Made by a program: the position numbers and the translations under genes
NCBI RefSeq assembly: GCF_004010195.1
Contig: NC_057719.1
Span: 19,874,623-19,920,800 of the forward strand
Reading direction: 5' to 3'
Source: Chiloscyllium plagiosum
Taxonomy: Eukaryota
DNA length: 46,178 bases
Part shown: positions 23,370 to 36,204 of the stretch, piece by piece
How the letters are laid out: every line of letters starts with the position of its first letter
Position numbering within the stretch: position 1 is the first letter of the stretch
The notes under the pieces: generated by a model
What the model saw: the letters and a program-made list of their open reading frames with translations, nothing else
What the model was told of the DNA's origin: nothing
Database searches by the model: none

Positions 23370-24412
23370 GCCCCCACCCCCACTCCGGCCTATCACCTTC
23401 ACCTTATCACCCTCACCTTAACCTCCTTCCACTTATCGCATTTCCAACGTCCCTCCCCCAAGTCCCTCCTCCCTACCTTTTATCTTAGCCTGCTTGGCAC
23501 ACTTTCCTCATACCTGAAGAAGGGCTCATGCCCAAAACGTTGATTTTCCTGCTCCTCAGATGCTGCCTGGCCTGCTGCGCTTTTCCAGCAACACATTTTC
23601 AATCTGTTGTTAATGACTACTTCTCAGGAAATCACTTCCTGTTTTTCTATGTGAGATATTGAGTTTTGAAAATTCAAATTTTCGCACAATGTAGATTGCA
23701 CATTATTTCTGTAAGTTGGAGTAGTAGAGTGGCAAGAATTGAACAAAAGTATGGATATTCCTTGATACCCGATTTATTGAAATCGGGCACGTCACTTTCC
23801 TAATGCAACTGTGAAGATATTTGGTCTAAAAATTTTGAATTCATTGCAATATTTGCAAGGCGACAAGAATATTGAAATATGTGATGTTTCTTATTCTGCA
23901 ATTTGATGCTAACAGTTAAGTCTTATGTTTTAAAATACATACCAAGGCAATTCTGGTACATTTCATGCTTCTCCTTTCATACTTTTCAATAAAATGGTAT
24001 TTTCGCTTCGAGGTGAACCATCAAAATACAATCAGACATTAATCGAAATCATTTAGAAATGTAGAAAAAAATCAAATTTAATTCTGGTTGCTTACTTCAC
24101 TTGCAGTGTTGCTAACAAAAGCAAGTCACGAACCAACAGTTGAAACTCGCAAAACATTTCAAAACCTGTGATCAAGATAGAAATTCATCTGAATCATTAG
24201 GAGGTCATAATCACATTGGGACAGTTACGTATACCTTCTTGCTTAGTATCATGAAATTCAGATAAATGTGACAATGGCATTTGCAAAATTGAATATCTTT
24301 TAAGTATATGTATTGTTGCATGATGTGATGAGTTTAGCTGAGATGTGTTTTATCTCTTGAGGCTCAGTAAATTTTATCCAAGTGAATGGGCTGCCACTGA
24401 ACCAAGTCTATT

Positions 24413-24768
24413 AAATCATACAATCCCTGCAGTGTGGAAGCATGCCATTCAGCCCATAAAGTCCACACCGGCCCTTTGAAGAGCAAATCACCCAGACCCA
24501 CCGCCCTATCCCTGTAGCCTTGGATTTCCCATGGCTAACCATATCTAGCCTACACATCCCTGTACAATATTAGCAACTTAGAATGGCTCCTCCACCTGAC
24601 CTGCACATCCTCAGACTCTGGGAGGAAATCAAAGCGCTCAGAGGAAACTCACACAGACATGGGGCGAATGTGCAAACTCCACACAGAGAGTCACCCGAGG
24701 GTGGAATCAAGCCTGGGTTCCTGGTGCTATGAGGCAGCAGTACTAATCACTGAGCCACTGTGCTGCCC
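24413..24768 (-). mobile_element. HE1-type SINE
   Basis: Colinear with 17199-17508; RC begins gggcagcacagtggctcagtg. Confidence 0.88.
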
Positions 24769-24961
24769 TAATGCAGCTTCATCATCATAAATCTCTTCCT
24801 CAGCTATAAACCTGAAGGATCTCATCGATGTTACATCTGCATCTTGCCATGTTAGATTACATTTATGTTTTATATCCAGCTCTAAAGGTGCAAGCCTTGT
24901 CATAGTTCATAAAGATGTCTGACTTGTGAAGTTTACTATGAATTAATGATTTTTTAAAAAA

Positions 24962-25140
24962 AGAATTATTTCATGAAATGTGAACTTCACTGGCAAGGCC
25001 AGCATTTGTTGACCATTTTAACTGCCCTTAAACTGAATGGCTTGCTATGCCATTTCAGAATACAAAGAGTCAACCACATCTCTATGGATCATGTATGCCG
25101 GAATGGGTAAGATTGGCAGATTTCCTTAAAGGACATTAGA
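24962..25140 (-). mobile_element. 3' fragment of the second SINE family
   Basis: ggccagcatttg...gagtcaaccacat...ccttaaaggacattag matches 27045-27175. Confidence 0.6.
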
Positions 25141-26814
25141 TTTGGTCCTAGATTTATGTCTATTTGCTTAATGCAGGACAGATGTCTTTAAAAAAATTTA
25201 AATGACAGGCAACAAAATGCAACTAGTTTTTAAATCTTTAATACTTTCCAGAACTAACTCCATTTCTTAGTGCCTTCAGTTCCTACCCCAATATTTCTTT
25301 CAAATTTCACAGTTCATGATCTTTTGATCCCTCCCTCTCTTTCTCTTTGGGTCATTGTCCATTTTTCTCACATTGTCCAAAGAGTGCCTTAAAGACATGT
25401 TAAATTGCTTTTCTACATTAAAAGCACTCTATAAGCCTCCAAGCTGCAGTTTTAAAATCAGTCTACTTGAAGCGGAAGTCAAGGGATGCGTGTGGTGTTC
25501 CTGTCTCGCATTCTTTCATGTTTAAAGTGCTGCTTATCACACACTGTAACACCATAATGATATAACAATCCATGAAGTGATGCATTGTATGTGAGAAAAA
25601 TCTCGAGACAACCAGTTATACTTCTGGTGCTAAAAATAAAAAACAAGCTATCATTTTCTTCTCAGCTACAGAATATAGTAAGTGATTAATTGAGTGTCAT
25701 ATCTGAGCTATGGTTATTCTTTTAAAATAATGAACTGAATGCCAGATATTATGCAGGCACAGCATAGCCCCACTGATACTGTATCACCTAGGAGTTACTG
25801 TGTCACTATACGAGTAGATACATTGATCTATGCTGCATTTAATTCCTTTCATTCCAGTGTTCTTCATCAGTCATGTTGATAGACAGTGTGGTAGATAATA
25901 ATCTTTTGCTCTGCTTTAATGTTGCAGAGTCACTGAGGTAATGCTTCTTGCAGTAACACAAGCTATGAGGGAAAGTAAGTTCATATTTCTGTAAATCCCA
26001 CTATAGCTGAATACAAATGTACTGGGAAAACCTGCCTGCCAGTGCTAGTAGTAAAAATGAATGCGTAATACACTAGTGATCATCTGACATCAGGTACCCA
26101 CAGCACGATACAAAGCAATTTGCCATATTATTTGAATACAGAAAATGCAAAACAGGAGAAATAGGAGCCGCAGCAGAACCTATGGTGCCTTATGCCTCCT
26201 CTACCATTCAGTACAATCATGGCTGCTGCTTTCCATCACTTAAATTTGATTGGAATTTAGTCAGGAAGCTGGGATCAAACAGAATGATGGCTTTCAACAA
26301 TTTGAAAGACTTTTGGTTGCCTTAGCTTAAGAGCTAAATTTCTAGTTTTTGACTCTGTAAAGCACAAGGTAATTTTGTAATCACCAAATAATAATATAGG
26401 TATAAGTGAGGGAGAACATTTGGTGCATTACCTATCCAGATTAATTTGTTCTTCTCTCCTTAGATTATGAATAAGTCACCAATCTGCCATATTTAAGGGA
26501 GAAGATGATTCAAAATATTAATCACTCTGCAGGAAGATATGTTTGTTGACAATCTACACAAAACTTATCTATCACCAGTTTAATCATATGCATCACAGTT
26601 CTAATATTATGTGACACTATGAATCAATGCTCTAGTTTAATCGTATTTATGTAATTCAATATCTTGTATCCATCCATAAGGTCCCCACTCAGTTACCTCT
26701 TCTTACTTTTCCATTGGATGTGGATAGCACCAACAAGACGAGTAGTTACTGCCCATTTAAATTGGCCTGGAATGAATAGTTTGCTATGCTATTGCAGGGA
26801 GCAGTTAAAAGTAA

Positions 26815-27500
26815 ACCCCTCACCTTAAAAATATGCCCCCTAGTTTTGAACTCCCCTACCCTAGGGAAAAGGCCTTTGCTATTCACCTTAACTATATCCC
26901 TCATGATTTTATAAACATCTACAAGGTCACTCCTCAACCTCCTACGCTCCACTGAAGAATGTTCCAGCCTATCCAACCTCTCTTTGTAACTCAAACCCTC
27001 CATCTTTTTAATATTCATTCACAGGACAAGGGCGTCGTTGTCTGGGCCAGCATTTATTGTCCATCCCTAATTCACCAGAGGGCAGTTGTGAGGTGACCAC
27101 ATTGCTGTGAGTCTGGAGTCACATGTAGGCCAGACCAGGTGAGGACGGCACTTTCCTTCTTAAAGGATATTAGTGAACCAGATGGGTTTTTACAGCAATC
27201 AACAATGGATTCATGGTCATTATTAGACACTCAATTCCAGATATTTTATTGAATTCAAATTCCACCATCTGTCCATGCAGGATTCAAATCCAGGTTCCCA
27301 GAAAATTCCCTGTGTCTCTGGATTAACAGTCCAGCAATAATACAATTGCCTCTCCCTCCATTCTCACCAATATCCTGGTAAATCTTTTCTGAACTCTCTC
27401 CAATTTAATGTCCTTCGTATAGCAGGGCAACCTGAACTGTGCACAGTACTCCAAAAGAGGCTTCAGCAACTTCAACATGACAGCCCAACTCCTATCCTCA
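26815..27500 (-). mobile_element. CR1 3' fragment interrupted by a SINE
   Basis: EGLSYKERLDRL..ERRRLRSDLVDVYKIMRD..TRGHIFKVRG; resumes at 27354. Confidence 0.85.
27004..27353 (-). mobile_element. Second shark SINE family, 3' tail shared with the LINE at 9185/13798; 8-bp TSD
   Basis: TSD ccctccat (26996-27003, 27354-27361); RC tail agggatggacaataaatgctggccc matches 13900-13925; degenerate B-box-like ggatttgaatcc. Confidence 0.75.
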
Positions 27501-30500
27501 TACTTCGGACAATAGTGTATTATTTCTGTTCTGTGAAAAACAATGAAAAAGAGTTACCACTATGATTAAATGTTGACTTTAGTTCAATGCTGCAACGTGG
27601 TATTAGTGACATTCCTTCAGATTTCAATGAAAACTGTTGTGAAAAATGACAGCACATTCTCCTTGTAATGGGATGAAGTACAAAATAGTAACCCAGTCAC
27701 CCGGTAATGTAATGTGTGACTCAAACAGACTCCTAAAGACTGAATAAGAAAGTTAATGGCTTCCACACTTTTTCTGTAAATCTTATATGATGTCAAGACA
27801 ATAGTGACTTATTATTAATCGCAGTAAATATCCTGATTTTAATGTTCTTTCTCTAGTGTAAACATGCGAACATATGAATACAAAGCATTATTTCATGCTT
27901 ACTAAAATGTTAAGTTGAGATATTAAACTCTTTTATTCAAGGAGATTTATATTCTGATGATAGAGTACAAGATTTTTCATTATAATCTGGGTGATCTATT
28001 CACCTTTTTGGTTTTGAGATTTTTTTCTAAGCAAAGCTTTGGTTTTCTAATTATATGCAAAATAGCACAGGGGAACAGCAGCTTCCTATCCACCTCTCTA
28101 TGCCCCTCACAATCTTCTCCATAATCTTATACATTGTCCTTGACTTCAAACGATGATTGGGAACTATATCATCAGTTCGCAGGTAGAACTTCAAACTTTC
28201 CTGATGTTTTTAATGGTTACCTTGAAAAATCTTTGGAGAACTCATCATAACAGCATCTATGACTAACTATAACTTACAGAGTGGATACATTTACAGCTTT
28301 TCTGAAAGAACTGTCATAAATTTGTAATACATGGACTACTAATGTTGAATTCCATCGACTGATCTAATATCTGAGACTTCTGTTGAAAGGAAACAATATT
28401 AAATGAGGCAAAACATGGTGTCTTAAAGTGACTGTGGGAATAATCTGACCTACAAGAGTGGGCACGTGTACCTACAAACCTCAAAAATGGATTAACAGGG
28501 CTTGTTCCTGAGCAGTATCCTTACTGAATTTCACACTTGCCTTTGTATGAAGTTTCTGGAACATAAAAGGAAGGATAATATGTCACAGGTATCTCAGTTG
28601 CAGAAACTTCCAGACTCAAAAGAAAATTTACAAAACACATCATGCAAAAAAGGGTGCTGACGACTCCCTTATCTGTTACATTGGTACCTTGATAACTTTG
28701 AGAATCAAATAGTTTGTTTGTCCTTATGATGTTCTAATAGCTATCTAAACAAAAGTTCCCTGCTCCCTCCCCCAACCATAAAAAGCTATGATTGTAAGTT
28801 TATTACGGAAGGCAGAAATAAGTTGCAATATATCACACTGATAGAGAGTTTCACATTAAAAGGAACTTCAATTGCCATAGCATGAACTCCATAAATGAAT
28901 AGATTGCAGTTTAATAAAGACTGTCACCAGAAGAACAATTGATTTACATTGGCCACACACCCACCAGAACTTCAAAGCCACCAAATGGAGTCTTAGAACA
29001 CATAATTTTCTTGCATGAGAGCATAGGAGGTTGAGGGGTGACCTTATTGAGGTTTATAAAATTGCAGTTATTGTGAGTACTTTCACTGAACTGGGAATAT
29101 GGTTTGCAGACCCTTTCTTGGGACATCTTCAGTTCATGTGGAATCTCCTATGAAGCACTGCTGTACTGTGTAAGTTGGAATGTTTTGGTTTTGTTTCCAC
29201 TGCTTCTGATTGCCAGTTCCAGTTGTTCATTGCCTATGGCCAGTATATTGGGTCTGGGTCAATGTGTTTATTGGTGGAGTCCATAGATGAGTGCCAAGCT
29301 TCTAAGAATTCTTTGGCTGTCCTCTGTGTCACTTGTCCTGTTATTGTTGTGTTGTCTCAGTCGAATTTGTGGTCCTTGTTATCTGTGTGTATAGATACTA
29401 AGGGTGGCTGGTCATGGTGTTTACTGACTAATTGTCTGCCTGTTTGTCCTATATAGTGTTTCGTGCAGTCTCTTCATGGAATGTCGTACACCACGTTTGT
29501 CCTGCACATGTCAGATGTTGGATCTTTTGTCCTGATAAGTTGTTGTCTGAGCGTGGCTGTTTGTATACATGCTGTCATAATCTGAGTGGTTGGAGGAGTC
29601 AGGCTGTCAGTTCTGAAACGGTTTTTATATAAGGTAGTGTATTCGGTCGGGGCATGTCCTCATCGCATTGTTGTCTGCTAGGCATCTGCGGATGAAGTTG
29701 CGGGGATATCCATTCTTGGCAAGGAGTTTGTAGAGGTGTTCTTCTTTGACTCTTCATAGTCGGGGATGTTGTAGTGTGTTGTAGCCATTTTGAACAGGGT
29801 CCCAATGCAGCTTCTCTTGTATATGTTTGGGTGGTTGCTTTCTAATTCAGGATCTGATCCATGTGTGTAGCTTTTCTGCACACTTTTGTTGTTGTGTATT
29901 CCCCTTCTGTTCTTTCTATCATCACAGCCAGGAATGGGAGTTGGTTGTTCATTTCTTCCTTTCTCGGTAAATTTGATCCCTGTGAGCATGGTGTCGATAA
30001 TCCGGTGTGTGCTCTCAATCTCTATTCTTTTAATTATTACAAAAATGTCGTCCATGTATCTGATTCAAAGTTTGGTTGGATTTTGGGAGGGCTGTTTGTT
30101 CTAGTCTTTGCATCATCAATTCTGCTATGAGCCTGGAGATGGGTGAGCCCATCTGTTGAAGATGAAATGCATCATCAAGCACTGGTTCAGTAATTTGAGC
30201 ATGCAGTCCTTGTTGATAGGTTCCCTGTCATGTGGTCTGTTCTGTTTGTCCAGGAGGGTGTTTATTGCCCCTCTTGATAGGGTTTTGTCACTTGAGGTAA
30301 ACAGTGCCATTACATTGAATAAGACCATTGCTTCATCCTTGTCTATGTTTATGTTCTTGATGTTGTCTAGGAATTTCTGTGATGATTGTATGGAATGTTT
30401 GGATCTGCTGATTAGATGTTTGAGTTTGATGCCTGATGACGCACTTCATATTCAAAAGCCCGATATATGAACAAATTGTTGTGGTTCTGTTCGCCGAGCT

Positions 30501-30513
30501 GGAAATTTTTGTT

Positions 30514-30553
30514 GCAAACGTTTCGTCCCCTGTCTAGGTGACATCCTCAGTGC
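30514..30553 (-). ncRNA. Minimal hammerhead motif (family D, intact)
   Basis: Exact RC of 31005-31044. Confidence 0.87.
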
Positions 30554-31004
30554 TTGGGAGCCTCCTGTGAAGCGCTTCTGTGGTGTTTCCTCCGGCATTT
30601 ATAGTGGCCTGTCCCTGTCGCTTCCGGTTGTCAGTTTCAGCTGTCCGCTGTAGTGGCCGGTATATTGGGTCCAGGTCGATGTGTTTGTTGATGGAGTTTG
30701 TGGATGAGTGCCATACTTCTAGGAATTCCCTGGCTGTTCTTTGTTTGGCTTGCCCTATAATGGTAGTGTTGTCCCAGTCGAATTCATGTTGCTTGTCATC
30801 TGCGTGTGTGGCTACTAGGGATAGCTGGTCGTGGCGTTTCCATGAACAAAACTAATGTAGTGTACAAAATCCTATGCAAGGACTGCACAAAACACTATAT
30901 AGGACAAACAGGAAGACAGCTAACAATCCGCATCCATGAACATCAACTAGCCACTATAAATGCTGGAGGAAACACCACAGAAGCGCTTCACAGGAGGCTC
31001 CCAA

Positions 31005-31044
31005 GCACTGAGGATGTCACCTAGACAGGGGACGAAACGTTTGC
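31005..31044 (+). ncRNA. Minimal hammerhead motif (family D, intact)
   Basis: GCA-CUGAGGA-U-GUCACCU-AGAC-AGGGGAC-GAAA-CG-UU^UGC; stem I GCA/UGC. Confidence 0.87.
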
Positions 31045-32187
31045 AACAAAAATTTCCAGCTCGGCGAACAGAACCACAACAACAAGCACCCGAGCTACAA
31101 ATCTTCACCCAAACTTTGAATATGAACAAATCAATGGGACACCTGTGGGCTCACACATCTCTGGGCTTACAGCAAAAGCAGTAATGCGAGGACTAGAACA
31201 AACAGCCCTCCCACAAATCCAATCCAAACTTTGCATCGGATACATAGACAACATTTTTGTAATAATTAAAGGAACAAAGATTGAGAGCACTCGACGGATT
31301 ATCAACACCATGCTCACAGGGATCAAATTTACCGAGAAAGGAAGAAATGAACAACCAACTCCCATTCCTGGCTGTGATGATAGAAAGAACAGAAGGGGAA
31401 TACACAACAACAAAAGTGTACAGAAAAGCCACACACATGGATCAGATCCTGAATTAGAATAGCAACCACCCAAACATATACAAGAGAAGCTGCATTGGGA
31501 CGCTGTTCAAAATGGCTACAACACACTACAGCACTGCTGACATATGAAGAGTCAAAGTAGAACACCTCTACAAACTCTTCGCCAAGAATGAATAACCCCA
31601 CAATTTCATCCGCAGATGGCTAGACATACAACGCGATGAGGACATGCCACCTAATATACTAACTACTCCACCTGATATAAAAACGGTCTCAGATCTGACA
31701 GCCAGACTTCTACCACCACTCGGGTTTATGACAACAAATAAACTGACAGGCACACTCAGACAACAACTCACCAGAACAAAAGACCCTATACCCATCATGT
31801 ACAGGACAAATGTGGTGTACAAGATTCCATGCAGGGACTGCACAAAACGCTATATAGGACAACTAGGCAGACAACTCGCCATCTGCATTCATGAACATCA
31901 ACTAGCCACTAAATGCTATTACTAGCCATCCTTAGTATTGATATGCACAGGTGACAAGGACCACAAATTTGACTGAGACAACACAATTGTAATAGGACAA
32001 GCCAAACAGAGGAAAGCCAGAAAATTCCTAGAAGCATGGCACTCATCCACAGACTCCATCAGTAAACACATTGAACTAGACCCAATATACCAACCACTGT
32101 AACTAACAACCGGAACCGCAACTTGAACCAACGTGAGCAAAACCAAATAAATTCCAACCGACACAGCGCTTCACAGGAGGCTACACA

Positions 32188-32226
32188 GCACTGAAGATGT
32201 CACCAGAAAGGGGACGAAATGTCTGC
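32188..32226 (+). ncRNA. Minimal hammerhead motif (family D, outer element)
   Basis: GCA-CUGAAGA-U-GUCACC-AGAAA-GGGGAC-GAAA-UG-UC^UGC. Confidence 0.8.
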
Positions 32227-34757
32227 AAACCAAATTCCCAGCTCGGCGAACATACCCACAGCAACTGCAACCGGCATCAGAGCTACAAATCTTTACATAA
32301 ACCTTGAGGTTTATAAAATCATGAGGGGTACACATAGCTGAATAGCAAAGATCTTTTCCCAAGAGTAGGGGAATCCAACACTAGGGAGCATATGTTTGAG
32401 GTGAGAGGAGTTAGATTTAAAAGGGACCTGAGGGGCAACTTTGTTACACAGTTGGTAGTTCATATCTGGAATGAACTGCCAGAGAAAGTGGTAGATGCAG
32501 ATACAGTTACAACATTTAAATGACTTGTGGATATATGAATAGGAAAGGTTTAGATGATTATGGACCAAATGTAGGCAAGTGGGACTAGTTTAGTTTGGGA
32601 GATTTGGTTGGCATGGATGAGTTGGACAAAAGTATCTATTTCCGTACTGTATGACTCTATGGCTTTCTAACTTCATTTCCCCACTCTATAATTTGTTCTA
32701 CTTTACTCACTGGCATGCATGTTGTGGGAGTCAGGTTCAATTTCCCCTTTTTAATTTGTCGTTTTCTTTAACTGTGTGTGGGTTTACAATAAAGCTAGCT
32801 TCTTCTTTCACAAATTCAAATGGATGCGGCTAGCTTACTCCTTCATCCAGCTTTACACATCATAAAGTTCATAATTAATTCAGAAAAATATTTTTAAAAT
32901 TCAAAATCTATTATAACCAACTGCAAGAGGTGAAAAGAGATAAATGTATTCATCCCTCTGGAATTGAGTGTAATAGACTCCATACATTCTCATTGTCGCA
33001 TCTATTGAATACACGATTACTGAATGCAGCAGAGATAAAACATATAGTCGCTACATTAGGTCTCAGTCACATGACATTGCCCTGGGATAACTGAGCCTGT
33101 GCCTTTAGAGACCTAAGGTAATTATGTAAAGTGCTGGACTAGTTCCATATCATGCAAGATTATCATGGAATTATACTGCACAAAAGGAAACCATTTGGCC
33201 CATCATTAATGTGCCAGCTCGACAAAAAAAGCTATGGAATTATTCACAATCCCCGCATCTTGTCCAATACCTTTGTAACAGTTTCCTTTCAAATGCATGA
33301 AAACTCTTTTAAAAGTTACTATAGGATTTGCTTCCACAAGTTTTCCAGGAAATGCATTCTCACAAATCACTGTATCAAACAAATGTTATCAAACAAATGC
33401 ATCTTGTTCTTTAACTATTTACCTTAAACTTATGCCTATAGGTCTTTAACCCTCCAGCTATTAGAAATTGTTTCTCTTTATTTATGCCATCAAGAAAATG
33501 TTTGATTTTAAATGTTCTTCTTGTCGTGGCACTGCTGTATTCTTTCAGTGAACCCTATCGGACTTAATAACTGTCAGTCTGTGAGTCACATCTTGGGTCA
33601 TGACTCTTCTTTTGGCCAATGGCCATGTTTGAAATGCATTCAGGCTTCATCCTTAATATGGCCTGTGTTGGAAATTACTGGAGGAGGAGAACCTGATCTA
33701 CTAGAGCTTCTGTTTAATTTAAGTTCCAACTGCCTGATCTTGGTAGTATTTAGGGCAGGGTTACAACCCTGTTCTTTCCAAATGCATCACAAAGGTCATA
33801 TAAACAACAGTACATGGAATGAATTGAATACAATCAATATTCTCTTGTGCATGATGGAACCTTTTCATCGCGGGTTGAAGTTAGATTTACCTCTTAATTC
33901 TACTAGTTCATGCATCTTTTCAACTCTAGATTATTGAACATGTAATTAATCTACAAATCTGCACCATAAAGATAATGCTTGCCAAGAGCACCTCCTTTTC
34001 TTTACGGAGTTTATAATGCCAGTATATAAATCACACATCCCTTTACAGGTCTTATTTGAGGGGTGATATGAGACTCACACTGCATTGGGATAATGCAATG
34101 AAAATCAAACTCTGCTATTCCCGGCCTGTGCCAAAGTTAAAGATGATAATATAAGTGAATAATATTTCCCAACTTTTCTGACTTTCTGATCCAGGTTGAT
34201 AGAAAACACAGACCAGGTTTCTGTACTTAATAAAAATTATGATTTGTTGCAAGTAATTAGACTTAAACAATTATAAACTAACAGCAAACAACTTAAAACT
34301 ATAAGATCCTGAGCAACTCCTAAATGTGTGCGTACACACACACCAGTAAAAATGTTATTGGAGAAAGAAAGCTGGCAGATTGTTCAATGCATCCTATTCA
34401 TGACTTGCTGAGGTGGTCTTCTGTTGGCCTGAATACTGCTTTTCAGTTGCTGTCCTCCAGATCCATCCATTGGTTTGCAAGAGATGCAGGATGCCTGGTT
34501 TGCTTATGAAAATTCTCCTACTTATCAATTAAAGCTTACAACAACTACTGAATGGAAGATGCTCTGGTTTTCTTCAGGTTTAAATGGTTTTGATTCCAGA
34601 CAATAAAAAGATAGCTCCTGTGCTGGTGGAGATCAGAACTCCTCTCCCTATCTTGTTTTCTACCTCAAGCTGTTCAGTTACCTGAGAACAAATTACAAGA
34701 TTGTTGGCAGGAAAAAGGCTATTGCCATCAATAACTGATCACTGGACCATAGACCAT

Positions 34758-35111
34758 TGGCACAGTGGCGCAGTGGTTAGCACTGCTGCCTCATAGTGCT
34801 AGGGACCCAGATTTGATTCCAGCCTCAATCGACTGTCCGTGTGGAGTTTGCACATTCTCCCTGTGTCTGCATGGGTTTCCTCTGGGTGTTCTGGTTTCCT
34901 CCCACAGTCCAAAGATCAGCAGGTTAGGTGAATTGGCCATGTTAAATTTCCCATAGTGCTCAAGGATGCGTAGGTTAGATGCATTAGTTAGGGGTAAATG
35001 TAGAGTAATAGGGTAGGTGAATGAGTCTGGGTGAGTTACTCTTCAGAGGGTCAGCGTGGACTTGTTGCACCAAAGGACCTGGTTCCACACTGTTCTATGA
35101 TTCTATGATTC
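34758..35111 (+). mobile_element. HE1-type SINE, full length
   Basis: tggcgcagtggttagc A box, degenerate B box gatttgattcc, (ttctatga)n tail. Confidence 0.88.
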
Positions 35112-35745
35112 AAATTCTTGTTGCCATCCAGCTGCATCTGTACAGGGAACACGATGCTTACCAAAATTGTCAGTTTGCTTCCTCTTCAAAGCATACAGCA
35201 ATCTTTTGAAACAGTTCTTTCTTACCTTAGTTCATAATTTAAATAAAAAACACAGAAATAGACAAAATTAAAAATCTCACAACTCCAGATTATAGTCCAA
35301 CAGGTTTATTTGGAAGTATTAGCTTTCAGAGTGCTGCTCCTACATCAGACAATTAGTTGGGCAGGATCATAAAACACAGAATTTACAGCAAAAGATCATA
35401 GTGTCATGCAACTGATAAGATATATTGAACACATCTAGATTGCTGTTACGTCTTTCATCCTTTAGAATGGGTTGCAGGTATCGATTCATTAATAGGTAAA
35501 TCTCAGAACTTCTTTCGAGTCTTTACTTAAAAAAAAGAGGTGACATCTCAGCTCAAACAATGCATTAAAGGTGTGAGGTTAGAGTCTGTTTGTGTTCCAA
35601 TCTTGACTCAGATTGGTTTTATTTCTAAAGTAGAAATTTATAAATGTCACATGGATTGACTGCCCGCAGATTGAGTGCTTTTTGAACAAAATAGAAAGTA
35701 TCTGCAAATACAAGTCTGCAAATGCAGATTCACCCTATTGACTTA

Positions 35746-35990
35746 TATGTGTGTGTGTGCGTACATGTGAGGGAGAGAGAGAAAGAAGAGTGAGAGAGAG
35801 AGAGACTGCGTGTGTGTGTGTGAGAGAGAAACAGTGAGTGTGTGTGTGTGTATGCGTGTGTGTAAGAGTGTGTGTATGTGCATGCTTGGTAGAGTGTGTG
35901 CATGAGTGTGACGAAGTATAAGCCTGCGAGAGGGTGTGTGCATGGGTGATAGCCTGTGGGGTGTATGTGTGTATGTGTCTGAGAGATATC
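35746..35990. repeat. Degenerate (GT)n/(GA)n tract, PLE 3' UTR on the minus arm
   Basis: Visible dinucleotide runs, mirrored at 36205-36465. Confidence 0.9.
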
Positions 35991-36204
35991 ACGTGTCTCT
36001 CAGACAGGGATGTTCCCTTCCAGTTGGGGAACACTTCAGTGGCCTCGAACATTCGGCTCCAGATCTTTGGGTGACCATCCTCCAATGTGGACTTCGGGAT
36101 ACGCAACAACAGAGTGGCTGAGCAGAGGCTGAAAGCCAAGTTCAGTACCCATGAGGGTGGCCTTAACCGGGACCTTGGGTTCATATCACACTACAGGTTA
36201 CCCC

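Larger units (their letters stand above)
19733..23601 (+). mobile_element. Near full-length Neptune-like PLE in partial-tandem pLTR-ORF-pLTR configuration
   Basis: 19733-20289 holds the GIY-YIG C-terminus, 3' UTR, hammerhead and tail; ORF starts at 20324; 23370-23601 directly repeats 20020-20250. Confidence 0.94.
30477..31119. mobile_element. Young nested palindromic Poseidon-like PLE with perfect 12-bp TSD
   Basis: TSD atatgaacaaat (30465-30476, 31120-31131); arms 30477-30609 and 30950-31082 differ at one position; KTNVVYKILCKDCTKHYIGQTGRQLTIRIHEH. Confidence 0.93.
29063..32303. mobile_element. Palindromic Poseidon-like PLE (minus arm 29063-30427; plus arm 30430-30476 and 31120-32303); 12-16 bp TSD
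   Basis: TSD ttgaggtttataaaat (29047-29062, 32304-32319); RT motifs MVLFNVMALFTS, YEQINGTPVGSHIS, YIDNIF; GIY-YIG NVVYKIPCRDCTKRYIGQLGRQLAICIHEH; hammerhead at 32188-32226, deleted version near 29105-29135. Confidence 0.92.
29019..32660 (+). mobile_element. CR1 3' fragment (29019-29062 and 32304-32660) split by the PLE stack
   Basis: RRLRGDLIEVYKI resumes as EVYKIMRG...VVHIWNELPEKVVDA; ends in a tatgactctatg tail. Confidence 0.85.

Noticed and set aside
22734..23543. Long ORFs crossing N-runs (also 1772-2243)
   Set aside because: Artefacts of translating through assembly gaps.
23768..23787. Perfect 8-bp hairpin cccgattt-attg-aaatcggg
   Set aside because: Single short stem, plausible by chance in 46 kb.
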